Positions 28,181 through 41,016 of a stretch of 64,000 nt of DNA are shown one piece after another. This stretch comes from an uncultured Planctomycetota bacterium (GTDB lineage Bacteria > Planctomycetota > Planctomycetia > Isosphaerales > Isosphaeraceae). The stretch covers positions 320,001-384,000 of the forward strand of contig CAWGMQ010000010.1 of the NCBI GenBank assembly GCA_963823665.1, given 5' to 3'. A program made the translations under genes and the position numbers. The notes beneath the pieces were generated by a model. The model did not search any database. It was not told the origin of the DNA and was given only the letters and a program-made list of their open reading frames with translations. Position 1 is the first letter of the stretch. Every line of letters starts with the position of its first letter.

Positions 28181-28836
28181 CGCGCGTTTACTGGGCCGGC
28201 TCGATCTTGCTCGTGGCGCTTGCGGCGGGGGCCGCGGCGTGGCTGGCGCCCACCTTGCCCGACCAGATTCCGACGCACTGGAATATTCGGAATGAAGTCG
28301 ATGGGTACGGCGCCAAGTGGACGCTGTTCGCCTTGCCTGTGATGATGGCGGCCATGCTCGTGCTCTTCTATTTCCTGCCGGCGCTTTCGCCCAAGCCATT
28401 CTCGGTGGACTCGTTCCGGCCAACCTATCTCTACATCATGCTGCTTGTGGTCGGGCTCTTCGCCTACATACAGGGCGTGTTGCTCTACACGGTGCAGCAA
28501 AGTGTGGCCAAAGGGCACGCCGTGCCGCTCGGTCAGATATTCATCGCGGGGATGTTCCTCTTCTTCGGTTTGCTTGGCAATGTGTTGGGGAAAGTGCGCA
28601 AGAACTTCTATATAGGGATCCGGGTGCCGTGGACGCTGGCGAGCGACCGCGTCTGGAACGACACGCACCGCATGGCAGGCTGGCTGTGGGTCGTTGCCGG
28701 ATTCGCGGGATTCGGGCTGGTGATTCTGGGTGTGCCGATCTACATCCCGATCATTCTGCTCGTCGTCGTCGCATTTATTCCGATCATCTATTCATTTATT
28801 CATTACAAGGCGCTCGAGCGCAAGGGGGCGTTGTGA
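28177..28836 (+). CDS. sdpI: SdpI/YhfL family immunity membrane protein
   Basis: IPTHWN..DGY, NFYIGIRVPWTLASDRVWNDTHR. Confidence 0.9.
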   Translation: MTRVYWAGSILLVALAAGAAAWLAPTLPDQIPTHWNIRNEVDGYGAKWTLFALPVMMAAMLVLFYFLPALSPKPFSVDSFRPTYLYIMLLVVGLFAYIQGVLLYTVQQSVAKGHAVPLGQIFIAGMFLFFGLLGNVLGKVRKNFYIGIRVPWTLASDRVWNDTHRMAGWLWVVAGFAGFGLVILGVPIYIPIILLVVVAFIPIIYSFIHYKALERKGAL

Positions 28837-28859
28837 ACGCCTTGGGAGCGCCTGAAGGG

Positions 28860-31294
28860 TCATCGCCCCTCGTCGACCCAGAGGGCGATCTGGGCGGGGG
28901 ACGGCGTGTTTTCTTCCATCCTGAGCATGGGCGTTGCGCCGGCCAAAGCGTAAGCCGCTTTCGGCCAGCTTGGTTCGATCGCCGCGATGTTCCGATAGAG
29001 CCAGAGCTGCGACGGCGCGGCCAGCGCCGCCGCCGCCTTGACGCCGCCGAACTGCTCCAGGCCGGGGAGATCGATCGTCGAGGGCCATTCATCGGGCTTT
29101 CGCATCTGGGTCATGCCGGAAAGCTCGATGACGGTGCGCGAAAGCCCTTCGAGCATCGGGCGTGCGACCAGGGCCTGGTAGCCGGCGTCGTCCTGCGCGA
29201 TGAGATTCACGAGGTCCACGTCGGGCTGGCTCTTGGCCCAGGCGAGGACCGTCGCCAGGTCTTGCATCTGGTCGGCGGCTGCTACCGGATTATATGTCTC
29301 GAAATGGGTTGAAGTGGGCCGGTGTGGCGCGGGGTTCCTGGGATCGAGCGACTCGCCGACGAACAGCGGGTCAAATGCAACGACCGCGTGGCCACGTGCG
29401 AGCAGCGCCTGCGCAAGCTCATTGGGACGGCCCGAGCCATCGTCGAGAGCCGCCTTTCCGCGGGAATGGACCAGAATCGTCAGGCGATTCTTGAACTGGC
29501 GGGGCACAATCTTCACCACGGGGATTGCGTCGCCGCGCGCCTTACGGCCGACGGTCAAGTGCTCGATCGCGACATCGTCACGCGAGATGGAGCGAACTTC
29601 CTGCTCGACAATCGAATCATACGCCGGCCGATCGATTCCCGTGCGGATCTTCAAGCTGGTTTGCAGAAGCCTGCGCGAGGCTTCCCAGCGCGCGGGGCTT
29701 GTTCCCGGGGCAAGCTCGTCGAGCATCAGGTTCAGGTTGGCGATCAGATCGTTCTCGAGCTGTTCGGGTGTTTTCCGATCCGGCGGCGCGGGGTGGCCGG
29801 GGCCGAAGGTCCAGAGGTCCTCGGGCTTCTCGAGTTTCTGGTCGCCTTCCCTCGTCTTGGCGGCGTCATCGACGCGGAAGAGCCAGTGGCTCATGGCTGC
29901 GTAAACGGCGTTGCGGCTCGTTTGATTGTAATTATGGGGGAAGTCAAAGATCTGGGCACTCACGCGATCGGGGGAGCCGATCAACGAATAAACGCCTCGG
30001 ATCGCGGGAAAGACCCGATCCATCGTGCGCCGGGTCCAGTCGCCGGTGGCGCCGACTAAGACCAGTGGACGGGGAGCGGTCAGTGCGGCGAACTCGATGT
30101 TATCCGTGCCGTGCCGAAGGCCGGCGGCGTTTTCACAGACACACCCGCCCTGGAAGTAATCGGAGACCATGACAACCGGTGCGGAGACGGTCACCCGGTT
30201 GTCCAGGGCAGTGAGCAGAAATGTTTGGGTGCCGCCGCCGGACTCACCGGTGCAGCCGATGCGGGTGGAATCGACATACGGAAGCGAGGTGAGCCAGTCG
30301 AGCGCGCGAATGCTGTTCCAGGTCTGAAGGGTCGGCAGGCTGAGCCCCCAGTGTCTCAGGCGGTCATTCAAGAACTCGTGCGGAAACGGCTTGCTGTCGT
30401 TGTATCCGACCATGTCGTACATGAAGACGGCACAACCGAGCTTCGCCCAGCGAATGCAGCGGGGCTGCACTTCCGCGTTCACGCGGCCGTCGGACCAATG
30501 GCCGTGCGGGCAGAGCATTCCGGGAATCTTGCCGGTGGAGTGCGCCGGCCGGTACAGGTTGCCGCTCAGGGTGAACCCCGGGAAGGTTTCGAGCACGACC
30601 TTCTCGATCGTGTAATCGCCGCGGTCGAGCTTTCCAGTGATCCTGGGGTTGAGCGGGGTCTTGTGAAACATTGGCCAGAGCCCCAATGTAACGAGCATCT
30701 GTTCCCGCAGATGCTGGGCACGGTCGTGCCACGCGGCTGCGGAGGCGGGCGCTTGAAAATCGACCCCTTCGTTGTTGGTCCGGGCACGGGTTCGCCGCGA
30801 GTCGTGACTCGGCTCGATCGAGTCGACGCGGCCGCGGACCAGGTCGAGTGAGGCCGGCGCGGCGGAGTCTTTTCCCGCAGAAACCCAGAGCAGCGTAGGG
30901 GCAGGCGCAGGGCGCCCTTTGTCTTGGGCGCCTCATTCAAGACGAGCACCTTGAGCGGGCGGTCCTTGGCGAGGTTGATTTTACCGAGCGGTTGCCAGCG
31001 CGGCGTGGTGGAATCACCCGTCCGCGGCTCGACCTTGAAAGTGATGGCGCCGGCGACTTCCTGAAGCTGCCAGAAGTCGGTTGCGGGCGCCCAGACCGAC
31101 ACCAGCGCCGTGCCTGAGAATCCCGGATCGACCCCGGCGGCGAGACGTTTGAAATCGCTGGCCGTGTAGATGGCACCTTGGGATGGCTCGACTGCCGCTT
31201 TCGTGACGGCGTAAGGCGCGAGCAGGATGAAGTATGCCGCCGCGGCTGACTTGAGGCCCTGCGATTTGACGCGTGAACGATCGCGGAAATTCAC
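28860..31294 (-). CDS. secreted acetylxylan esterase-like alpha/beta hydrolase, frameshift near 30911
   Basis: Signal-like N-terminus; LCPHGH, GESGGG, GGCVCEN; the two ORFs join with one indel. Confidence 0.8.
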
Positions 31295-31385
31295 GGTTTA
31301 GCTCCGGGGTTGGAGAGTGGCGAGAGCGCGGGGGCGGGGTCATCGGATGGTGACCGGTTTCACCCAATATCCTACAAGCTGTGGA

Positions 31386-32249
31386 TCAAACTGCCAGGCC
31401 GTCGGCGGGATGCACGCATTTCAGCAGCGACTCGATCGACACCGCTCCGGTTGCGGGGAACAGACAATAGCACGGGTGAGGATATGTTCCATCGATGATG
31501 ATCTGGCGGTGGTTTGCCTGGCGAAAGCCTTCGTCGCAAGCTTGATGGCCTGTAATGAAAAAGTCGGCGTCGATCATGGCGGCGAAACGGTCGGCCGTTT
31601 CGGGCGACGTGTCGCGGCCCCAGGTCAGGGCGTAGATGGTGCCCCGCCGCTTCATGGCGGGCTCGGGCCAAAAGTCGGCCTTGAGGAGATCGAGATCGAG
31701 CGTATCGAGGTCGGGTGCGTCGGGAATGGTGTGGCAGACATAGACGCGATTCTGGGTGCGGATAGCCAGCGGCAGCGCGGCGAAGAGGGCCTTGTAGGCA
31801 TCGTAAATCTCCGTAGCAGCAGAGCCGTACGCGGTGGTGACTCCGTGCATGAACTTGGCATTCAATGTTTCGCCGTCCTTGCCGATTGTGCGGCCGGTCA
31901 GCTCGGAGAGCTCGTGATTGCCCAGGATCAGATGCGCGCGGTGGGGGTACTGGCATTTGAGCGCGGCGACGACGTCAAGGACCTGATGCGAGCGGTCTCC
32001 GCCATCTCCGGGGTAGGAGGCGGGCCCGTGAATCAGCTCTTGAAGGACGAGGTGTCGTGTGGGGTGCTTCTCGAGTGCCGCAGTGACGAGTACTTTCTTG
32101 AATGTCGGAATGTTTCCGTGCAGGTCGCCGACGACCATTACATCGGACGCATCTTCGAGGGAAATGATGCCGCCAGATCGGCCCGGGGTGTTGCGAAACA
32201 GGTCGGTCGCGCGGCGGATTGTCGAGAGAACTTTGCGTGGGTCGGGCAT
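31386..32249 (-). CDS. metallophosphoesterase
   Basis: GDLHG, GNHE, TGH. Confidence 0.85.
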   Translation of the reverse strand: MPDPRKVLSTIRRATDLFRNTPGRSGGIISLEDASDVMVVGDLHGNIPTFKKVLVTAALEKHPTRHLVLQELIHGPASYPGDGGDRSHQVLDVVAALKCQYPHRAHLILGNHELSELTGRTIGKDGETLNAKFMHGVTTAYGSAATEIYDAYKALFAALPLAIRTQNRVYVCHTIPDAPDLDTLDLDLLKADFWPEPAMKRRGTIYALTWGRDTSPETADRFAAMIDADFFITGHQACDEGFRQANHRQIIIDGTYPHPCYCLFPATGAVSIESLLKCVHPADGLAV

Positions 32250-32330
32250 GAATTGGGCTCATCAGACGGTTGCGCGGAGCGGCTGCCGGCGATCTGGTGC
32301 GTGGCTTTGCGGGCGGAAAAAAGCTCATCT

Positions 32331-34247
<1,917 letters not shown>

Positions 34248-34451
34248 TTATGGAGATCGCAGGATGCTGCCCGGGAGATGCCCCTTCGCGGAGCGAAGGG
34301 CGACTCTGGGATGAGGATCGTTTAGGGCTCAATTGTCGCAGATCGGCCTCGACAAGGGCAAGCTCTCTGGCTGCAAGGCCCGCACCAGTTGGGATCGAGG
34401 GCCAGCCTTAGATCGGCGATAATAACGATCGAACCCTGAGGGAGGTCCTCG

Positions 34452-35009
34452 ATGGCAACCGCCGAGATGCTCGAACGGATGACGGCCGAGCAATTTCGCC
34501 AGCGACCTGATCCTGGCTATCCCGAAGAACTGGTACGGGGGAGGATCGTCGCCATGTCGGTGCCCGATCGAAGGCATGGTTATGTCTGTGGCAGGACCGT
34601 GCTCATTTTTGGAGGGTTTGTCGACGGGCACCGCCTTGGCCGCGTGATGAGCTACGACTCGAGTGTGGTCATCGATCGCGATCCCGATACGGTCCGCGGA
34701 GCGGATGTTGCCTATTACAGCTACGCCCGGCTCCCGAAGGGCCCGGTGCCGGCGGGATACGGGCCTGAGCTCCCGGAACTCGTGGTTGAGGTTTGCTCGG
34801 AGACTGACCGTTGGCCCGGAATCCTCGAGAAAGTTTCGGAATACTTGAATGCCGGCGTGCTGGTCGTGGTCGTGCTTGATTCCGAACCGCAGGTTGCGCA
34901 CGTCTTCAGCGCGCAGGCGCCGCCACGGACACTTGGAGCGGAGGATGAGCTGACGCTCCCCGGTATCCTGGAAGGCTTCGGTGTTCGGGTGGGGCGGTTC
35001 TTCGAATAG
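34452..35009 (+). CDS. Uma2 family endonuclease-like protein
   Basis: ELVRGRIV, RGADVAY, PELVVEV, EYLNAGV. Confidence 0.9.
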   Translation: MATAEMLERMTAEQFRQRPDPGYPEELVRGRIVAMSVPDRRHGYVCGRTVLIFGGFVDGHRLGRVMSYDSSVVIDRDPDTVRGADVAYYSYARLPKGPVPAGYGPELPELVVEVCSETDRWPGILEKVSEYLNAGVLVVVVLDSEPQVAHVFSAQAPPRTLGAEDELTLPGILEGFGVRVGRFFE

Positions 35010-35013
35010 CACG

Positions 35014-36117
35014 CTACCTTAGCTCGGCGGCAGGATGTGTTGCCCCAGCCATAGAAGCATCCGCTCCATGTTGTCGCGCAGGTAGGCGCAGGGAATGCGT
35101 TCCCTGGGGGTCGCGATCAAGCGTCACGGCAATTCCTCTGGTGGACGCCAGCCATGCGAACGACTCGACCTGGGCGTCGAAGTTGAAGTTGTCGCGTCCG
35201 CCGTAATTCGCGTAGATGGCGAGCTGGCCGGGCTGAAGATCCGACCGGAACAATCTGTCAGCGGGGTTCGTCTGGGCGACCTCGGGAAGGATATCGCCAT
35301 CACCGAACACGGGAGCCATGAACCGCTTGGCGCGTATCCGCATCAAGCCATGATAGTAGCTCCCGATCACAGCGTCGGGATCATAACGCTCATTCCACCG
35401 GTAGGTCGACGGGTCAAAGTCGTCAAAGTAGTATCCCTCGGCGTTGAAGTAGCGGAGGTTGAGCGCACCGGCCAGAGTGGCGACCGCACCGAAGTAGTCG
35501 TGATGGCCGATGGCCATGCTCACGGCGCCATATCCCCCCGCCGAGATTCCGATCAAAGCATGCGCTTCACGTTCGGGGCGGATCGAGAAATTCGCCGTCA
35601 GGAATGGAATCACTTCCTGAATGATGTGGTCTTCGAAGCGGCCGTTGGGGCTATTGATGAACAGGGAATGCTGCTTTTGGTGGAGCGGCGCCGGCGTACC
35701 GAAGATTCCGTCAGGGGCCGCGACGACGACCGGCGGGCACTGACCGGCCAAGATCAGCCGGTCGAGGGTCGTGAGCAGGTCCGAGTGGGTGAAGTAATTC
35801 TCGTCGAAGCCGGCCATGTGAAAGAACAGGACCAGCGGATACGCTCGGTGGGGGTCGTACCCTGGCGGTAAATAGACGCAAAGGTCTCGCCGCATCCCGA
35901 GGATCGGCGAAAAAATGCGGCGGTCGGTGCCGTGCTTGTTCGTGTAATTGACCAGCGTGCCCTGGAGCCGCCTTTCGAGGCGCCGGCTCGACAAATCCCA
36001 AGCTTGAGCTCGTACGGCCGAGACCATCGCGAGTCCGATCCACACCGCAATGACCGGCCGCGCCAACCAAGTGGTCAAGGACGAGCTCCTATCAACAGTG
36101 AGTCGTGCTCTTGGCAT
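35014..36117 (-). CDS. esterase (Fes/antigen 85-like), probable frameshift near 35090
   Basis: VYLPPGY, GISAGG; the alternative frame gives a cleaner C-terminus AYLRDNMERMLLWLGQH. Confidence 0.8.
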   Translation of the reverse strand: MPRARLTVDRSSSLTTWLARPVIAVWIGLAMVSAVRAQAWDLSSRRLERRLQGTLVNYTNKHGTDRRIFSPILGMRRDLCVYLPPGYDPHRAYPLVLFFHMAGFDENYFTHSDLLTTLDRLILAGQCPPVVVAAPDGIFGTPAPLHQKQHSLFINSPNGRFEDHIIQEVIPFLTANFSIRPEREAHALIGISAGGYGAVSMAIGHHDYFGAVATLAGALNLRYFNAEGYYFDDFDPSTYRWNERYDPDAVIGSYYHGLMRIRAKRFMAPVFGDGDILPEVAQTNPADRLFRSDLQPGQLAIYANYGGRDNFNFDAQVESFAWLASTRGIAVTLDRDPQGTHSLRLPARQHGADASMAGATHPAAELR

Positions 36118-36237
36118 TCTCTGTGAGCAATATCGGATGCACCATTGCATGAGAAGCAATTCTCGTCCGGCAAATCGCGTGCTTCCGCGCCGGACGATTC
36201 CGTCGCGACGATCGTCCGACCTGAGCGGATTTTTCCG

Positions 36238-37566
36238 CTATGTTTCGTCGTCGAACGTCCGTTTTTTTCTGAGCAAGTGGTGATAGTGCTGAGCGAAACG
36301 ATGGGCCTCGTCGCGGACGTACTGGAGGAGCCGCAAAGCGAAGGAACGGCGGGAGAGAACGATGGGGTCGGGCCTGCCTTGCACAAAGATCTGCTCTTCG
36401 CGCTTGGCCAGGGCGATCACGGTTGGCGGCACGATCTTGAATGTGTCAAAGGCGGCCAGTGCAGAAGAGAGCTGGCCCTTGCCGCCGTCGATCAGCCAGA
36501 TGTCCGGCAGCGGCTCATCGCGCTCCTGCAGGCTTTTGATCCTTCGGGAGACGACCTCGCGAATCGCCGCAAAGTCGTCGATTCCTTCCACGCTCTTGAT
36601 CTGGTATTTGCGATAGCCCGGCTTGAAGGGCAAGCCGTCAACAAACCGCACCAGCGAGCCGACCATCTCATTGCCGCCCAGGTGGGCGATATCCACGCCG
36701 TCGATGGTGCGCGGCGTGGAATCGAGCTTCAACACGCGCTTCAATCCCTGCAAGCCTTTGCGGGGATCGACGTAAAACACCTCAGGCTGAGCGTGCCTCG
36801 CGAGGTTGCCCCGGAGGCTGAGATTCTCCAGCGACTTGATCTCGTCGCGCAGCCGGGCGGCTTTCTCGAACAGAAGCTGCTTGCTGGCCTCACGCATCTC
36901 GTCAGTCATTTCCTTGAGCAGAGCTTTCTTGTTGCCGTCGAGGAACATCTGGAGCCGGCGGATGCCTGCCCGGTAGCTCTCGCGATCGATCCGCAGGTTA
37001 CACGGGGCCGTGCACTGGCCGATCGACGCCAGCAGGCAGGGCCGGAACCAGCGCCAGCGCGGGTCGTCTTCCTCGATATCCAGCGAGCACGTGCGGAATT
37101 TGAAGACGCGCTGGAGGACCTGAATGGCCCCGCGCAGGGTCTTGGCCCGCGGGAAGGGGCCGTAAAGCTTCACGCCGCGGTCGCACGGCTCGCGGGTGAA
37201 GTTCACGCGGGGAAAGTCTTCGCCGGTCGTGATCTGCAAGTAGGGGAAGGTCTTGTCGTCCTTGAGGACGCGATTGTGCTTGGGCTGGATGTCCTTGACG
37301 AGGCGCGCCTCGTACAAGAGCGCATCGACTTCGCTGTCGGCGCTCAAGAACTCGATGTCGCAGACTTCGGAGATCCAATCGCAGATCCGGCGATCGCCCG
37401 TGGCCGTCTTGTGGAAGTACGAGCTGGCGCGGCTGCGCAGGTTCTTGGCCTTGCCGATATAGATCACCCGTCCCTGGGCATCCTTCATCAAGTAGAGACC
37501 GGGTGTCGTGGGGAACTGCTTCACCTTCTCGGCTGGGGAAACAACCGGCGATGGAGTGTCCGACAT
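36238..37566 (-). CDS. uvrC: short UvrC-like excinuclease
   Basis: GIY-YIG-type PGLYLM..YIGKAKNL, FEKAARLRD, IDGGKGQ, RDEAHRFA; no C-terminal HhH domain. Confidence 0.85.
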   Translation of the reverse strand: MSDTPSPVVSPAEKVKQFPTTPGLYLMKDAQGRVIYIGKAKNLRSRASSYFHKTATGDRRICDWISEVCDIEFLSADSEVDALLYEARLVKDIQPKHNRVLKDDKTFPYLQITTGEDFPRVNFTREPCDRGVKLYGPFPRAKTLRGAIQVLQRVFKFRTCSLDIEEDDPRWRWFRPCLLASIGQCTAPCNLRIDRESYRAGIRRLQMFLDGNKKALLKEMTDEMREASKQLLFEKAARLRDEIKSLENLSLRGNLARHAQPEVFYVDPRKGLQGLKRVLKLDSTPRTIDGVDIAHLGGNEMVGSLVRFVDGLPFKPGYRKYQIKSVEGIDDFAAIREVVSRRIKSLQERDEPLPDIWLIDGGKGQLSSALAAFDTFKIVPPTVIALAKREEQIFVQGRPDPIVLSRRSFALRLLQYVRDEAHRFAQHYHHLLRKKRTFDDET

Positions 37567-38108
37567 ACGGCCCCCCGCGGACTTGAGACAGGTACGACAC
37601 TCTGCGATTGACGTCAAGGTCGCCGCCGAGCGGCACAAGGGACGTACCCACGCGGGGCGCCGGAGCGACCATCGCCGCCGCCGGGATCTCGCGGCCCGGT
37701 AGCGGTTGGTCCAGCCTGGTGGTATTTTTCGCTCAGGCAAGATGATTGGTCAAGGCGTGATGACGTGCACCCAAGCGAGCGCGGCGCACGTCAGCTCTCG
37801 CGAGCGTCCGTGGATGGGTAAATTGGTCAATCGAAGGGTCGCTCGCATCGCCCCCTCGTTCCGATGCTCCGCGTCGAAACGTCCCCGGTGCCGCTCTGCG
37901 GCGACGCAATCGTGGCCATCCACCCTGTCTCCGGCGCCCAACCAGTTCGTTTTGTATATTCGACGCGCAGCCCTTTCGCAGTAAGGATTAAGGGAACGAA
38001 ATCCTCCACGCTCGTTCATCGGAAACGCACCGGCAGATCCGATCCGATGGTCGCCTTTCCTCCGCGAAGGGATTCTGAAGTTATCCAGATTATTGCCCTT
38101 CGCTCCGA

Positions 38109-39706
38109 GGCTGTGATTTTTTCGGCGTTGGGGTTGATTTTGTATAGTGTTCACGTTCTAATACCATGCATGTAGTCCGCCGCATGAGCCCCACGCAGCC
38201 CCGGTGTTGCAGGACGAGCGTCATGACACTTCCTCTCTTTAGCCCAGAAGACTTGCCCGATCAGCCCTCTCCCGCCCAGGCTGCCCAGTCGATGCCAACT
38301 GGCAAGCCGCGGCTGCGGTGTCCCGTACGCGACCAGATCGAGATGCGCTGGGCATCGCTCGATGAATTGCTCGAGGCCGACCATCCGGCCCGGGTCGTCT
38401 GGGCGGCGGTCTGCAAGCTCGATCTGAAGGCCTGGCTCGGCGAGATCAAGGCCGTCGAGCGACATGTCGGCCGAGATGCCACCGACCCGCGCTTGCTGGT
38501 CGGATTGCGGGTTTTCGCCACATTGAAGGGAGTCGGCAGCGCCCGTGAAATCGAACGGCTGTGCGAAAAGAACCAAGGGAGTCTGCCGTACCAGTGGCTG
38601 TGCGGCGGCGTAACCGTCAACCACAGCATGTTGTCCCACTTCCTCGCTTGTGGGGGCGAGAAGTTGAACGAACTGCTCACGCAGATCGTGGGCACCCTGC
38701 TCCATGCGGGGTTGGTGAAAATGGACCGGGTCGCTCAGGACGGAATGAGAGTGCGTGCCAGCGCGGGCAAGAGCTCGTTTCGTCGTCGCGGTAGCCTGGA
38801 GGAGTGCCTGAAAGCGGCGAAGGAGCAGGTTGAGGCGCTGAAGAAACTGGCCGAGGAGGACACAGCAGAGCTGACTCGACGGCAGCGAGCGGCGCGGGAG
38901 CGTGCCGCCAACAAGCGACAGCAACGGATCGAAGAAGCGATGCGGCAGTGCGAGGAGCTGCAACGCGAACGTGACGAGTCCTACGGCCGCAAGGGGCGGG
39001 AAGCGCGTGCTTCGACCACCGACCCCGACGCGAGGATCATGAAGTTTCCAGACGGAGGATTCCGGCCGGGATATAACGTTCAATTCACAACAGACACCGA
39101 AAGCGGTGTGATTGTGGGTGTGGAGGTGACCAACGCAGGGAACGATGGCGAAGAACTTCCGCCCATGCTCGACCAGTTGGAGGAGCGTTACGAACGAATT
39201 CCGGATGAGGCATTGGTTGACGGTGGCTTCACGACCAAGGACTCGATCGATCAGGCGGCCCAACGCGGCTGCATCGTATACGGGCCGATCAGAGACGAGA
39301 AAAAGAAACAGGCAAATGGAGAAGATCCCTACACCGCAAAGAAGGGCGACAGCGAAGCGGTTGCCGCTTGGCGGATCCGAATGGGGACCGAGGCCGCGAA
39401 GCTGATCTACCGGCTGCGAGGCCAAACAGCCGAGTGGGTCAACGCCCAGGCTCGCAATCGAGGATTCTGGTTTATGCCCGTGCGTGGCCAACCGCGTTGC
39501 CGCGCCGTCGCATTGTTGTTTGCAATTGCTCACAAGCTGGTTGTCGCAGGGAGACTGCGCCCAGCGATGGGCAAACTGGCGGAATGAGCGGTACTTTGCA
39601 AAAAAGGGACAAAATAGGAAAGCGCGTTTGCGTCAACGGCTGGGCTATTGGAGAACTGGCGTGAATCGGCGGCACTAACCGAGCGACCAAGCGGTGAATC
39701 ACAGCC
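38109..39706 (+). mobile_element. IS1182-like insertion sequence
   Basis: 10-bp terminal inverted repeats GGCTGTGATT (38109-38118) and AATCACAGCC (39697-39706) around a DDE transposase. Confidence 0.75.
38223..39587 (+). CDS. IS1182 family transposase
   Basis: DHPARVVW, SAREIERLC, QDGMRVRASA, STTDPDARIMK, YNVQ, VDGGF, RGQTAEW. Confidence 0.9.
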   Translation: MTLPLFSPEDLPDQPSPAQAAQSMPTGKPRLRCPVRDQIEMRWASLDELLEADHPARVVWAAVCKLDLKAWLGEIKAVERHVGRDATDPRLLVGLRVFATLKGVGSAREIERLCEKNQGSLPYQWLCGGVTVNHSMLSHFLACGGEKLNELLTQIVGTLLHAGLVKMDRVAQDGMRVRASAGKSSFRRRGSLEECLKAAKEQVEALKKLAEEDTAELTRRQRAARERAANKRQQRIEEAMRQCEELQRERDESYGRKGREARASTTDPDARIMKFPDGGFRPGYNVQFTTDTESGVIVGVEVTNAGNDGEELPPMLDQLEERYERIPDEALVDGGFTTKDSIDQAAQRGCIVYGPIRDEKKKQANGEDPYTAKKGDSEAVAAWRIRMGTEAAKLIYRLRGQTAEWVNAQARNRGFWFMPVRGQPRCRAVALLFAIAHKLVVAGRLRPAMGKLAE

Positions 39707-40461
39707 GACTAGGCCCAACGGCCGAGTTACCGCAACGCGGCCAAAAGATGACAGCCTCTCCGCGAAGTGACCTCCCCGTTCCCGTGCACTCCATCGGAAT
39801 GACAATTGGAATAGGACATCTCGCGACGTGGTAATGGATGAAATGGGATTCGAGCCGCGGACCAACCAGCATGGTTGCCCAGGCTACGGCCAGCTTCACG
39901 ACGCCTCGCCGGGCCATCCGCGCCGACTGAATGCCTCCCCGCACCGTGGGGGAGATTCCGCAGTCTGCGGCGGTGGTGGGGGCGTGCGGGCAGACGGCCG
40001 CGCAGCCCAATGGTGACTCGACCACAATGCCCGCACCCGGCCCGCTGTTATTATTATGCGACAGATTCTTGGCATTAGCCATTTCTCGATCGCACTTGTC
40101 AATTCTCGTGTAAATCGCAAGCTCAATCGCCATAGGTGATTAACTGCTGAAGATTCTCACAATGTTGTGCCCGTTCAATACACTTTGAAACGCCATCCCT
40201 GCCCCCCACCGTGGGGGCCATGCCGCCGCACGTGGCGGTGGGAGGGCGGGCAGGCGTGAGGCCATAGCCTCCGGCAGCGTGACAAACGCGAGCGGATGTG
40301 AGACATCTTCCGCTTCCTCGCAGCATCAACGCGCCTGACAATGCCCGCTGCCGAAGCCTCCAGCGCGTCGCCGACGGCGAATTCCCTTGACCGGGCATTC
40401 GCCGGGCAGATAATGCAAATAGTTGAGCGAAAGCTCAGAACCACGTTCTGTTCGATTTACG

Positions 40462-40826
40462 GGGGGCGAACCAGGATCGACCGGATGTCTGACGCGACTG
40501 GTGGCGTGCCGAGGTTGGTCAGCGGGCCTCGTAAAAAGCAGACCAAAACTTTAAGTGCCAACAGCAATGTTGCACTCCGTCTCGCTGCCTAAAAAACAGC
40601 AACGGCCTCGCGCCGCGTCTTCGCCCGAGAGACGCGGCCGGGGACGCTAATTCGGGATCGCTCGAGCCTAACCGCCGGTTGCGGCTCGGGTTAAATTCAT
40701 GACTGGCTACGCCGAATAGAACCCTGCCGATCGGGGTCTCAAGGCCGACAATCAAACGATCGGATACGCACGTAGAGGCCGTCGTTGATGCTTCTCGGGA
40801 CGCGGGTGCAATTCCCGCCGCCTCCA
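40462..40826 (+). ncRNA. ssrA: tmRNA
   Basis: 5' GGGGGCG pairs with 3' CGCCTCC-A with a G3.U pair; T arm GCGGGTGCAATTCCCGC; tag reading frame ANSNVALRLAA* at 40557-40592. Confidence 0.96.
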
Positions 40827-40833
40827 CTATCTG

Positions 40834-40866
40834 ACCCGGCTTGCGGAATCGCAAGCCGGGTTTTTT
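40834..40866 (+). terminator. intrinsic terminator after ssrA
   Basis: ACCCGGCTTGCG-GAAT-CGCAAGCCGGGT followed by a T run. Confidence 0.85.
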
Positions 40867-40918
40867 CATGGATTTACATCAATGCCATAGGCTGCGAAAA
40901 GACTTACGGAAACGCACT

Positions 40919-40963
40919 GTGTCAGATAACGTGTCAGATAAAGGGCTTGAAGGTGTCAGATAA
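40919..40963 (+). repeat. three direct repeats GTGTCAGATAA, candidate integrase arm-type sites
   Basis: Exact copies at 40919, 40931 and 40953; inverted partial copy TATCTGAC at 40828-40835. Confidence 0.75.
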
Positions 40964-41016
40964 GAGCCGGTAACATGGTCCCGTTTGGTGGACAGAGACC
41001 CAGATGGACCAAAATC

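Noticed and set aside
37567..38108. ORFs between uvrC and the IS element, and at 39700-40440
   Set aside because: No recognisable motifs or RBS support; treated as intergenic.
38100..39715. Target-site duplication of the IS1182-like element
   Set aside because: Only a 2-bp GA match flanks the inverted repeats, too short to support.
40341..40592. 83-aa ORF ending in ANSNVALRLAA
   Set aside because: It is the tmRNA tag reading frame, not a protein gene.
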